Shown: positions 9,133 to 18,641, numbered from the stretch's first letter. The stretch is 64,000 bases of DNA from an uncultured Chloroflexia bacterium (GCA_963813535.1 CAWEZH010000003.1:160001-224000); one strand, 5' to 3'. Made by a program: numbers and translations. The notes: generated from the letters alone by a model not told the origin.

Positions 9133-10313
9133 GCGACGACCCGACCGCGCCACCCGACGTCTCGACACCCAAGGAGGCCGAGGCTGCGCGCGACGAAGTA
9201 CCCGACATGACGCGGGAACGCGCCCGGACCGAGCGGCGCGACCTCGACAAGGAGCGTGGCGAGCCGCTGGCCGGTGGGGCGGCCCGTGGTGGCCCACGCG
9301 CGCTGCGCACGCCGACCAGGCCCGTTCCTGAGTGGACCAGCAAGCCGCGCATCCTCGTCACCAACGACGACGGCGTCGAGTCGCGCGGCCTGCTCGCGCT
9401 CAAGCAGGCCATGGAGCCACTGGGCGAGGTCACGGTGGTGGCGCCGGACACGAACCAGAGCGCGGTCGGCCACCAGAAGACCCTGATGCGACCGCTGCGC
9501 GTCCGCGAGCGGACGCTCGCCGACGGCTCGCCTGCCTACTCGGTCGACGGCTCCCCCACCGACGCCGTCAGCCTCGCCTTCCTCGGCTATTTCAGCCACG
9601 GCTTCGATCTCGTGGCGTCGGGCATCAACTACGGCGCCAACCTCGGCGACGACATCACCTACTCGGGCACGGTCAGCGCGGCCATGGAGGCGGTCATCAA
9701 CTCGTGCCCCGCGTTCGCGATCTCGCAGGAGTACTACGAGCATCCCGACTTCACGCTCGCCGGGTACGCGGCGACCGTGGTGGCCCGCAACATCCTGACC
9801 GAGGGCCTGTCGCGCGGCGAGCTCGTCAATATCAACGTCCCGGCGGCAACGCTCGAGGAGACCGAGGGGTTCGAGGTGACCCGGCTGGGCCGGCGCGTGT
9901 ACTCCGACCAGCTCGTCGAGCGCCTCGATCCACGCGGCATCCCGTACTTCTGGATCGGCGGTCCGCCGCCGTCCGGTCTGGCGGTCCCCGGCACCGACTT
10001 CCATGCCGTGGTCAATCGACGGATCGCTGTGACACCCATCCACCTCGACCTCACGGGGCGGCGGCTGTTGCGTCGCCTGAAGACGTGGAGCTGGGACCTG
10101 CCGGCCAAGGGCGCGCGGGCGGAGGGGGCACCAGCCCGACGAGCCACCGGCCACGGCGTCGCCCGGCGAGGCGCCGGCCAACGCACGTCCATCGAAGCCG
10201 AGGAACCGCCGGCGTCGCTGACGCCGGGGCCCGTGGCGCGTACCATCGACCGCGTCCCCCAGCCGACACCGCGAACCCGGAGGCGCCGACCATGGACGAT
10301 CTCTCCAACCTGA
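9129..10313 (+). CDS. surE: 5'/3'-nucleotidase SurE with N- and C-terminal low-complexity extensions
   Basis: RILVTNDDG, VVAPDTNQSAVGH, SGINYGANLGDDITYSGTVSAAME; ATGA overlap at 9129. Confidence 0.93.
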   Translation: MSDDPTAPPDVSTPKEAEAARDEVPDMTRERARTERRDLDKERGEPLAGGAARGGPRALRTPTRPVPEWTSKPRILVTNDDGVESRGLLALKQAMEPLGEVTVVAPDTNQSAVGHQKTLMRPLRVRERTLADGSPAYSVDGSPTDAVSLAFLGYFSHGFDLVASGINYGANLGDDITYSGTVSAAMEAVINSCPAFAISQEYYEHPDFTLAGYAATVVARNILTEGLSRGELVNINVPAATLEETEGFEVTRLGRRVYSDQLVERLDPRGIPYFWIGGPPPSGLAVPGTDFHAVVNRRIAVTPIHLDLTGRRLLRRLKTWSWDLPAKGARAEGAPARRATGHGVARRGAGQRTSIEAEEPPASLTPGPVARTIDRVPQPTPRTRRRRPWTISPT

Positions 10314-10801
10314 GCCGCGGGCTCGGCAGCGCGGGCGGCGCCGACGTCGGAGCGACGATGGGCGACCTGGCCGGTGCGATCGACGACGCCGGTGGCGTCG
10401 ACGGGCTCGTGACGAAGCTGCGGCAGGGCGGTCTGGACCAGGAAGTCGATTCGTGGGTGTCGACCGGTCCGAACGCGTCCGTGGACCCGCAGCGCCTCGG
10501 CGACGCGCTCGGACCCGAGACGGTCCAGCGGCTGGCCAACGGTTCGGGCCTCGACATCCAGGCCCTGCTGCCCCTCCTTGCGGCGTTCCTGCCGCAGCTC
10601 ATCGACATGCTGACGCCGGACGGTCAGGCGCCGTCGGGCGGCCTGAACGACGCGTTGGGAAGCGGTGGTCTCGGCGACCTCGGCGGCCTGCTCGGGGGTC
10701 TGATGGGCGGTGCGACGACCGGCGGCGCCAGCGGCACGGGCAGTCTCGATGACCTGCTGGGTGGGCTCGGCGGCACGCTCGGCGGTGACAAGGGTCGCTG
10801 A
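10292..10801 (+). CDS. YidB/DUF937-like protein with Gly-rich tail
   Basis: GGVDGLVTKL...VDSWVSTGPN...LPQLIDMLTPDG; GGAGG RBS. Confidence 0.8.
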   Translation: MDDLSNLSRGLGSAGGADVGATMGDLAGAIDDAGGVDGLVTKLRQGGLDQEVDSWVSTGPNASVDPQRLGDALGPETVQRLANGSGLDIQALLPLLAAFLPQLIDMLTPDGQAPSGGLNDALGSGGLGDLGGLLGGLMGGATTGGASGTGSLDDLLGGLGGTLGGDKGR

Positions 10802-10880
10802 CCGCCCCTGACGGATGTCCATGCCGGATCGCTGACCGACGTCAGCGGCGGTCGGCTCCGCTCGGAGCGATGCTCCGGGC

Positions 10881-11372
10881 ATGGACACCACGAGCGCCGC
10901 TGCCCTCCGCGTCCACCGGTTCCTCGAGACGGAGCCGGTGATCTGGCTGTCGTCCATCCGTCCGGACGGGGCGCCCCACCTCGTTCCGACCTGGTTCATC
11001 TGGGACGGCGAGACCGTCGTCATCCGCTCGAAGCCGCACGCGCGCAAGGTCCGCAACCTCGCCCATGAGCCGCGGGCGATGCTGGCGCTCGGTGACGCCG
11101 ACGACGACTTCGACGTCGGGCTGCTGGAGGCACGCGCCGAGGTCATCGACGGCGACCGCCCGTTGCCGGAGGCGTTCGTGGCGAAATACCGCACGCGGAT
11201 GGCGGGCCTCGGTCTGACGCCGGCCGAATTCGCGGTGACCTATTCGGCGACGATCCGCCTCACGCCCGCGCGGGCGCTCGGCTGGCACGGGCGCTCGGCG
11301 CCGCGCTCCTGGTTCGACGCCGTGCGCCGCCTGGCCTTCGGCCGACCGGCACTCGCGCTCGGCGCAGCCTGA
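10881..11372 (+). CDS. Pyridoxamine 5'-phosphate oxidase-like (PPOX class, possibly F420-dependent) protein
   Basis: WLSSIRPDGAPHLVPTWF and KVRNL motifs. Confidence 0.82.
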   Translation: MDTTSAAALRVHRFLETEPVIWLSSIRPDGAPHLVPTWFIWDGETVVIRSKPHARKVRNLAHEPRAMLALGDADDDFDVGLLEARAEVIDGDRPLPEAFVAKYRTRMAGLGLTPAEFAVTYSATIRLTPARALGWHGRSAPRSWFDAVRRLAFGRPALALGAA

Positions 11373-11495
11373 CGTTCGGTAGGTCGGGGCACTCGACGCG
11401 GCTCCAGACGGCAGGGGTCCATACTCCCGCCGATCGTCGGCTCTGACGGACGCCGCACGGCGCCTGTCATCCAGCGGACACATCGTTCCCCGGGC

Positions 11496-11520
11496 GCAAC
11501 ATCGGGCGCGTCCAGGCGTT
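11496..11520 (+). promoter_or_regulatory. ECF-type promoter upstream of the ECF sigma gene (likely autoregulatory)
   Basis: GCAAC (11496-11500), 16 nt, CGTT (11517-11520); matches the general ECF -35 AAC / -10 CGT pattern. Confidence 0.6.
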
Positions 11521-11597
11521 CTCGCCTATCGCACGACGCCAAGCTCCTGCGACGCCCAAGGTCGCGGGACGGCGTTTCCAGCGAAAGATCTGGCGCG

Positions 11598-12260
11598 ATG
11601 GAACGTACCAGCGACGAGTCACCCGAAAGCGGCCCGGCCCCAGAGGCGGGCGGACCGCAACATCCCGACGGGCTCGACGTCTCAGCCGGCGTGAACGATG
11701 CGACGACGATGGTCGTGCACGACGGGGATGTGCTGACGACGCGACAGCCCATCGTCGATACGGGCGGCGTGGTCGCTGCGATCTACGACCGCCATCAGGC
11801 CGAACTCTTCTCGTTCGCGCTGCGGAGCTGCCGCGACCGGGAAGCCGCCGAAGATCTCCTGCACGAAGCCTTCGTCCGCCTCATCACCGAGGTCGAGGCG
11901 GGTCGGATGCCGGAGAACGTCCGTGCCTGGCTGTACCGGGTCACCGCCAATCTCGTCGCATCGCGGGGGCGACGCGCGACCGTCGCTAAGCGTTGGCTTG
12001 CCACTGTCGGATCGCCCGAGACCACTGTGCGCGGACCCGAGCCGAGCTTCCTGGATCAGGAACGCCGGGATGATCTCGATGACGCACTCGGTGAGCTTGG
12101 CGCGGACGCGCGGGCCGCCCTCCTCATGGCGGCCGACGGGTTCCGCGGCGATGAGATCGCGACCGCGATCGGCCGCAGCGCCCTCGCGACTCGCTCGTTG
12201 ATGTGCCGGGCGCGCCTCCAGCTCCGGGAGCGCCTCGGGAGCCGGGAGTCATGGGCATGA
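11598..12260 (+). CDS. ECF-family RNA polymerase sigma factor
   Basis: Region 2 AEDLLHEAF...AWLYRVTAN; region 4 EIATAIGRS...RSLMCRARLQLR. The true start may be later (e.g. GTG 11691). Confidence 0.92.
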   Translation: MERTSDESPESGPAPEAGGPQHPDGLDVSAGVNDATTMVVHDGDVLTTRQPIVDTGGVVAAIYDRHQAELFSFALRSCRDREAAEDLLHEAFVRLITEVEAGRMPENVRAWLYRVTANLVASRGRRATVAKRWLATVGSPETTVRGPEPSFLDQERRDDLDDALGELGADARAALLMAADGFRGDEIATAIGRSALATRSLMCRARLQLRERLGSRESWA

Positions 12261-15200
12261 TCGACCACGCACGCGCGCAGGAGCTCGCCGCGATCGCGCT
12301 CGATTTCGAGCTCGCGCCCGACGATCGCGCCGCGCTGGATCGTCACCTCGCCGATTGCGAGGCGTGTCGAGCGGTGGCGGCGGATCTGGATGCGATCCAA
12401 CACGCGATGGCGGAATTTCCGTCGGAGGACGCGCCCGACCGACTGCGACGGCGGATCCTCGACCCGGCCGGCGAGCGGGCCCGCGGGAACCAGGCGTCCC
12501 GGTGGAACCTCACACGGATCCCCCGCCTGCAGGCGTTCGGCATCGCTGCCGCTGCCGCCGTCGTGGCGATCGCCGTCGTCGCGTCACTGCTCCCATGGCA
12601 GGGACGGCCCACGCCAAGCGTGGCGATCGTCGGCCCGACCTCGACGCCCTCAGGCGAGAGCCCGACGCCCGGTACGACGGCCGCGCCGTCCGCCACCGAA
12701 CGACCACCGATCCTTGCCTACACCCCTCGGGCCGAGCTGACGCCTGCCTCCGGGGCCGGTCCCGTGGTGGCTCCCGATGCCGAGTTCCGACTCGTCAGCG
12801 TCGACGGCTCGCCGGCGGTCGACCTTGCCGCTCGGCTCACCGTCGAGCCGGCCCTCGACCTTGCCGTCGAACCCGAGCCGGACGGGACGGCTGCTCGGAT
12901 CCGACCGACGAAGCCCATGCAGCCGGGCACGGTGTACCGGTTCACGCTGGCCGGGGCCGACGGCCGTCCGGAGGACAGCTGGGCCTTCCAGACCGAGCAG
13001 GCCGTCCGGGTCGTCGCTACGACCCCTGCTGATACCGAGACCGACGTGCCTGTTGACACCGGGATCGAGATCACGTTCGACCAGGACGGTGTCGTCGACC
13101 CCGCGTCGCACGTGACGATCCAACCCCGGACACCCGGGCGGTTCGAGTGGCGCGATCGCACGCTGGCCTTCGTCCCGCAGCGCCTGAAGCCCGCCACGGT
13201 CTACACGGTCACGGTGACGCGCGGTGTGCAGGTCGAGGGCACGGATGAGGTCCTCGCAGAGGACTTCCGCTTCCGATTCGAGACTGCCGCGAAGCCCGGC
13301 CGGGCGACGACGTCGTTCGGGTTCCCCGATGACGTGCTCGAAGTGCCGACAGCCGGCCGCGCGACGCTGCCGCTATGGGCCTTCCGCGATGACGACACCG
13401 TCCCGAGCGCGGCCGCCATGGAGGTCTACCGGTTCCCGGATCGCGCTGCCGCGATCGATGGATTCCGACAGTTGCGCCGGTCGTCGCGATGGGCGCGCTG
13501 GTCGGTCGCGGACGCGGTCCCGACCGCGGGCCTGCGACGCGTCATGAGCTTCCGCGCCGCGCTGCAACGCGGGGCCGAATCGCTGTGGTTCCGATTGCCG
13601 GACACCCTCTCGGCCGGCTGGTACCTCGTCCAACAGCCATCCAAGACCCGTCCCACGCAGGTCATCCTCCAGGTCACGGACGTCGCCGGCTACCTGAGCC
13701 TGTCAGACAGCCGCATGCTGGTCTGGGCGAACGACCTCGCCGACGGCCGGCCGCTGTCCGGCGCTACGGTGACCACCGAGGGTGCCGACCTGGGGCGCAC
13801 CGGTGCGGACGGCCTGCTCCTCGTCGACACGCCAGCGCCGCTGCGCGCCGACGGGCAGACCGGCTGCGCCAACGGACCGTGCGATCGAGTCGTCATCGTC
13901 CGCACGCCGAACGGCCGATCGATGTTCATGCCGGCCGACAGCCCGTTCGGCGTGGGCGGCGGCGGATCTGGGTTGCCCCAGAACGCCCAGAGCCATTGGC
14001 TCGTCTACCACACGGACCGGCTCGTCTATCGACGAACCGACACGATCAACGTGTGGGGCATGGTCCGCGACCGCGCCAGCGGCGCGGTCCCCGAGACCGT
14101 CGATGTGGCGTTGACGGCGGGCTTCAGCGATCCGACGCCCCCGCCGATCGCCTCCATGCGTCTCCAACCCTCGCCGTCCGGAGCCTTCACCGGCTCGTTG
14201 CCGATCGCGAACCTGCCCGAAGGCTCCTACGACATCATCCTCCGGGCCGGTGCGGACGAGATCGGTTCGACCAGCGTGCAGGTCGCCCGCATCCTCAAGC
14301 CCGCTTACAAGCTCGACGTGGAGACCGGCCGTCGCGTCTACATCGAGGGCGACCGTATCCGTGTCACCTCGCACGCCACCTTCTACGAGGGGTCACCGGT
14401 ACCCGGTGTCCCGCTGCGCATCGATGGCCGCGTCCAGCGAAACGTGACGACGGATCGGACCGGCACGGCGACCTTCGGAACTGTCGCCCGGGCCGACCCG
14501 GACATCGACGGATCGAGTTGGGACTATCAGACTGTCGGGGTCAGCCCCGCGCGGGCGGAGGAAGGCGACATCGCCGGGTCGACCCAGGCTTTCCTCGTCT
14601 TCCCCAGCAGCCGCACGATCCGCGGCGAGGCGACCATCGGATCGGGCCGCGTGCGGACAACGGGCACGGTGCACGTCGTCGATCGCGACCGCCTCGAAGG
14701 GGAGATCGCGGCAGGCCGATCGCCGTGGGACCTCGATCCGCGGGGCAAACCGGTGGCCGGCGCGACCGTCACGATCAGTTTCATCGAAGAGATCCCGTCG
14801 CGGGTGGAGGTCGGGACCGAGTACGACTGGATCGAGAAGAAGGTCGTGCCGATCTACCAGTATGAGATCGAGACCAACTTGGTCAGGTCGGTCAAGGTCC
14901 GGACCTCCGCGAACGGATCGTTCTCGGCGTCGATCGCCGATCCAGGCAAGAGACACGACTTCCAGGTGCGGATGACCGTGGGCGATCCGGACGGCCATCC
15001 CGCAGGCATGGTCGCCTACGCGAGTGCGGGCCGGGCATCGACGGAAACCGTCGACTATGCCTCGCTGGCTCCCACGTCCTCGTCCGTCGCCCGTCCGAAC
15101 GGCTACGCCATCGGCGATCGCATCGATCTCACCGTCACCGACAACCGACGCACCCGAGGCGGTCGGTACCTGTTCGAATTCGCCCAGCGCGGGCTGCGCG

Positions 15201-17509
15201 AGGCGACCGTCCAGAGCTCGCCCCGCCTCGTGACGACGTTCGAGCGTTGGGCGGTGCCGAACGCCGTCATCGCCGCGGTCCATTTCACGGGGACGCGCTA
15301 CGTCCAGTCCGACGAGTACTACGCGTCGTTCCGCGCGAGCGACCGGGAAGTCGACGTCGCCTTGACGCCCGATCGCGCGCGGTACGCACCGGGCGATCCC
15401 GTCACGCTCGACGTCAGGACGCGCGATCGTGGTGGCGCGCCCTTGGCGGCGTCGGTCGTCCTCCAGGCCATCGATGCGAAGCTGTTCGACATCGGGGCGG
15501 CCGCGGACACCGATCCGCTGACTGAGCTCTACAGCTCCATCGCAAGCGGCGTTCGCACCCGTTTCGCGTCACATCGCCAGCGGCAACGACCGGGTGAGGG
15601 CGGGGACACGGGCGGTGGGGGCGCTGACCGGATCGACTTCCGGGACGCCCTTCTCTTCGAGCTCGTCGAGACCGGCGCCGACGGTCGCGCCCGGGCCACG
15701 TTCCGGCTGTCCGACGACCTGACCTCGTGGCGGGTGAGCGGCGCGGCCATCACCGACGATCTCGGGGCCGGCATCGGGTCCATCGAGATCCCGGTCGGCC
15801 TGCCCTTCTTCGTGGATGCGTCGATCGCGCCGGAGTACCTGGCCGGCGACCGACCGTCGATCCAGGTCCGCGCCTATGGCCAGGGGCTCGCGCCCGGTGC
15901 CGACGTGCGCATGACCGTCGCCTCCGACAGCCTCGGCCTGGTCGCTCAGACCATCCGGGCGAAAGCATTCGAGACGGTGACCGTCCCGATGCCGAAACTC
16001 AGCCCCGGCCGGCACAGCGTCACGATCACGGCCCGCTCCGGCAGCGGGACAGCCGTCATGCTCGACAAGCTCACCCGCACGTTCGACGTCATCGCGTCGC
16101 GGCTGGAGCGCACCAGGACGACGTATACCGATGGGATCGGTGCCCGCCCGATCGCCGGCGGGGCGGGTCTGACGAACCTCGTCATCTCGGATAGCAGCGC
16201 CGGACGCTATCTGCCGTTGCTCCTCGACGTCGCCGGTAACGAGGGCGCACGTCTCGAGCGCTCTCTTGGGGCGGCGATGGCATCGTCGTTGCTGGCTCGT
16301 CGGTATGGCGCAGCCGAAGGCGCCTGGCGACCCAGCGATCTCGACGGCGACCTGTACCAGGCTGCTGATGGCGGCATCGCTCCCCTGCCCTACGCGAGCA
16401 GCGACCTGGCACTCACGTCGCTCGTTGCGATCGTCTCCCCGGACGACTTCCGGGCCGCGGACCTTCGCTCGTACCTCGGCGACGTCAAGGACGACCCGAA
16501 GTCAACGCGCGAGCGACGGATGTATGCCCTCGCCGGTCTCGCCGGCGTGGGGACGCCCGTGCTCCCGCAGATCCGGGCGGCGGCGGCGGACCGAGGGCTC
16601 ACCGTCCGCGAGCGGCTGATGATCGGGCTGGGCGCCGCTGCCATCGGCGATGCCGCGACCGCCCGAACGATCGCCAGTGAGCTGTGGACGGCGGCTGGTG
16701 AACAGCTGGCCGCCCAGGCGCACCTTCGTGTCGGTGAGACCGTCGCCGATAGCACGGATGCGACCGCACGTATGGCTCTCCTGACCGCGGCGATCGGCGA
16801 TGGTCACGCGCCGGCACTGTGGGCATATGTCGAGGCGAACCCGAGCACGGAGGTGCCCTACGACCTGTTTGCGGTCTCCTTCGTGGAGCGGCTGATCGAC
16901 CGCCTACCCGTGGAGCCGGCCACCTTCGCCTACGTGATCGACGGCAAACGCACGGTGGTCGAGCTCGGCATGGGCGAGTCATTCCAGTTGACACTGACGG
17001 CGCCCCAGCGAGCGAACCTCCAGCTCGAGAGCATCGAGGGCTCCCTCGGGATGACGACGACCTGGGCGGAACCGGTCGCGGCATCGTCATTCGAACGCGA
17101 TCCGGACGTCACGATCCGCCGCTCGCGGACGCCCGCGACAGTGATCGGCACGGCAGATCTGGTCCGTGTCGACCTCACGGTCCGTTTCGGCCCGAAGGCC
17201 CCGGCGGGCTGCCATCTGGTCGCCGAGCAGGTCCCGTCCGGGCTGATCCCGCTCAACCCGATGTCGACCTCGCCGGACGGCGACGAGGCTTCGATCGCGG
17301 ATCCGCGGTTCGCGCAGCCGTTCGCCGTGGATGGCCAGCGCGTGCTGTTCTGCGCCGAGCCGACCAAGAAGCAGCGAACCGTCCGCCTTCGCTACTACGC
17401 GCGCGTCATCACCCCCGGGACATACGTGTGGGAGCCAGCGGTCGTCGAGTCCCGAACGAGGGCGGATCGAGCCGCGCTGACGGCCAGGGCCACAGTCAGG
17501 ATCCGCTGA
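12257..17509 (+). CDS. Zinc anti-sigma (ZAS/zf-HC2)-TM-Ig-like-alpha-2-macroglobulin fusion protein
   Basis: H4-x25-H30xxxC34xxC37, one TM, Pro/Thr linker and Big_5-like domains. These are followed by A2M motifs TDRLVYR, TPDRARYAPGD, GGGGADRIDF, TGADGRARATFRLSDDLTSWR, QAADGG and LRYYARVITPGTY. ATGA overlap with the sigma stop. Confidence 0.9.
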   Translation: MIDHARAQELAAIALDFELAPDDRAALDRHLADCEACRAVAADLDAIQHAMAEFPSEDAPDRLRRRILDPAGERARGNQASRWNLTRIPRLQAFGIAAAAAVVAIAVVASLLPWQGRPTPSVAIVGPTSTPSGESPTPGTTAAPSATERPPILAYTPRAELTPASGAGPVVAPDAEFRLVSVDGSPAVDLAARLTVEPALDLAVEPEPDGTAARIRPTKPMQPGTVYRFTLAGADGRPEDSWAFQTEQAVRVVATTPADTETDVPVDTGIEITFDQDGVVDPASHVTIQPRTPGRFEWRDRTLAFVPQRLKPATVYTVTVTRGVQVEGTDEVLAEDFRFRFETAAKPGRATTSFGFPDDVLEVPTAGRATLPLWAFRDDDTVPSAAAMEVYRFPDRAAAIDGFRQLRRSSRWARWSVADAVPTAGLRRVMSFRAALQRGAESLWFRLPDTLSAGWYLVQQPSKTRPTQVILQVTDVAGYLSLSDSRMLVWANDLADGRPLSGATVTTEGADLGRTGADGLLLVDTPAPLRADGQTGCANGPCDRVVIVRTPNGRSMFMPADSPFGVGGGGSGLPQNAQSHWLVYHTDRLVYRRTDTINVWGMVRDRASGAVPETVDVALTAGFSDPTPPPIASMRLQPSPSGAFTGSLPIANLPEGSYDIILRAGADEIGSTSVQVARILKPAYKLDVETGRRVYIEGDRIRVTSHATFYEGSPVPGVPLRIDGRVQRNVTTDRTGTATFGTVARADPDIDGSSWDYQTVGVSPARAEEGDIAGSTQAFLVFPSSRTIRGEATIGSGRVRTTGTVHVVDRDRLEGEIAAGRSPWDLDPRGKPVAGATVTISFIEEIPSRVEVGTEYDWIEKKVVPIYQYEIETNLVRSVKVRTSANGSFSASIADPGKRHDFQVRMTVGDPDGHPAGMVAYASAGRASTETVDYASLAPTSSSVARPNGYAIGDRIDLTVTDNRRTRGGRYLFEFAQRGLREATVQSSPRLVTTFERWAVPNAVIAAVHFTGTRYVQSDEYYASFRASDREVDVALTPDRARYAPGDPVTLDVRTRDRGGAPLAASVVLQAIDAKLFDIGAAADTDPLTELYSSIASGVRTRFASHRQRQRPGEGGDTGGGGADRIDFRDALLFELVETGADGRARATFRLSDDLTSWRVSGAAITDDLGAGIGSIEIPVGLPFFVDASIAPEYLAGDRPSIQVRAYGQGLAPGADVRMTVASDSLGLVAQTIRAKAFETVTVPMPKLSPGRHSVTITARSGSGTAVMLDKLTRTFDVIASRLERTRTTYTDGIGARPIAGGAGLTNLVISDSSAGRYLPLLLDVAGNEGARLERSLGAAMASSLLARRYGAAEGAWRPSDLDGDLYQAADGGIAPLPYASSDLALTSLVAIVSPDDFRAADLRSYLGDVKDDPKSTRERRMYALAGLAGVGTPVLPQIRAAAADRGLTVRERLMIGLGAAAIGDAATARTIASELWTAAGEQLAAQAHLRVGETVADSTDATARMALLTAAIGDGHAPALWAYVEANPSTEVPYDLFAVSFVERLIDRLPVEPATFAYVIDGKRTVVELGMGESFQLTLTAPQRANLQLESIEGSLGMTTTWAEPVAASSFERDPDVTIRRSRTPATVIGTADLVRVDLTVRFGPKAPAGCHLVAEQVPSGLIPLNPMSTSPDGDEASIADPRFAQPFAVDGQRVLFCAEPTKKQRTVRLRYYARVITPGTYVWEPAVVESRTRADRAALTARATVRIR

Positions 17510-17516
17510 CCGGACG

Positions 17517-18641
17517 TCAGCGCAAGGTCCGGCTGGCGTGAGCCTCCAGGCGGTCGAGCGCGACCGGCAGATCGGTCCGCCCGAAGCCGAGGCGGAAATG
17601 GTTGCCGCCGTAGCCGAATTGCGAACCGGGGAGCAACAGGACGCCTTCCGCCTCGACCAGGCTCGTCGCCCAGTCGTCGATGGACACGCCGGGCACGGTG
17701 AGCCGCGGAAAACCGACGGATCCCGCCCGCGGCCGGACCCACGCCAGCCGATCGGCCCATTCGTCGAAGAACCCGTCGAGGATCCGCAGATTCTCGGCGA
17801 CGATCTCGCGCGACCTCGCCAGCACGACGTCGCGGGCGCGCAAGCCGATCAGCGCAAGGACCTCGGAGGGTGCCGACGAACAGATCGTGGTGTAGTCCTT
17901 GAACGAGGCACACTTCGCGAGGAGCTCGCGATCGCGTGTCGCGAGCCAGCCGATGCGCAGACCGGCCATGGCGAACGATTTCGACATGACCCCGAGCGAG
18001 ATGCCCCGGTCCGACGCCTCCGCGCCCGCCGGCAGGCGATCCGCATCGGCGAGCTCGAGGTAGCGGTAGACCTCGTCGACCAGGAGATGCGCGCCGGCGC
18101 CGTCGGCGATCTCGACGAGCGCGTCGAACGTCCCGCGGTCGGGCAGCATCCCGGTCGGATTGTGCGGCGCGTTCACGACGATGAGCCGTGTCTCGGGGGT
18201 GACTTGGCGGCCCAGCAGCTCGACGTCGATCGCCCACGAGGCGTCCTCGCGGAGCTCGTGGAGGGTCACCTCGGCGCCCGTCGCGCGGGCAACCTCGTAC
18301 AGGCTCTGATAGCCCGGCCACGTCACGACGGCGTGGTCACCCGGTCCGAACATGACGTTGGCGAGGCAGAAGATCGCCTCCTCGGCACCGGCGAAGACCA
18401 GGACATCGTCGGCCTCGAGGCCCTCGTATAGGGCCGCGATCTCCGCGCGCAGGAGCGGATGACCCGTCGACTCCGTGTAGCCGAGGGTGAGCCCGTCCCA
18501 CATCGACCGCGTCTCCTCGTCGGCCAGGTCGAGCAGGTCGGCCATCGCGTAGCCCTGGACATCCGACGCGCACAGCAGGTGGTCGACGGCGAACTCCCAG
18601 CGGGCGAAATAGCGCTCGAGCGCGAAGTCGGCGATGCGCAT
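17517..18641 (-). CDS. PLP-dependent aminotransferase class I/II
   Basis: NAPHNPTG, LLVDEVY, SKSFAMAGLRIGW; start placed at MRIADF (18641). Confidence 0.92.
   Translation of the reverse strand: MRIADFALERYFARWEFAVDHLLCASDVQGYAMADLLDLADEETRSMWDGLTLGYTESTGHPLLRAEIAALYEGLEADDVLVFAGAEEAIFCLANVMFGPGDHAVVTWPGYQSLYEVARATGAEVTLHELREDASWAIDVELLGRQVTPETRLIVVNAPHNPTGMLPDRGTFDALVEIADGAGAHLLVDEVYRYLELADADRLPAGAEASDRGISLGVMSKSFAMAGLRIGWLATRDRELLAKCASFKDYTTICSSAPSEVLALIGLRARDVVLARSREIVAENLRILDGFFDEWADRLAWVRPRAGSVGFPRLTVPGVSIDDWATSLVEAEGVLLLPGSQFGYGGNHFRLGFGRTDLPVALDRLEAHASRTLR

Noticed and set aside
8094-10313. 739-aa SurE ORF
   Set aside because: The upstream part is an off-frame reading of the AI-2E gene; the start is at the ATGA overlap at 9129.
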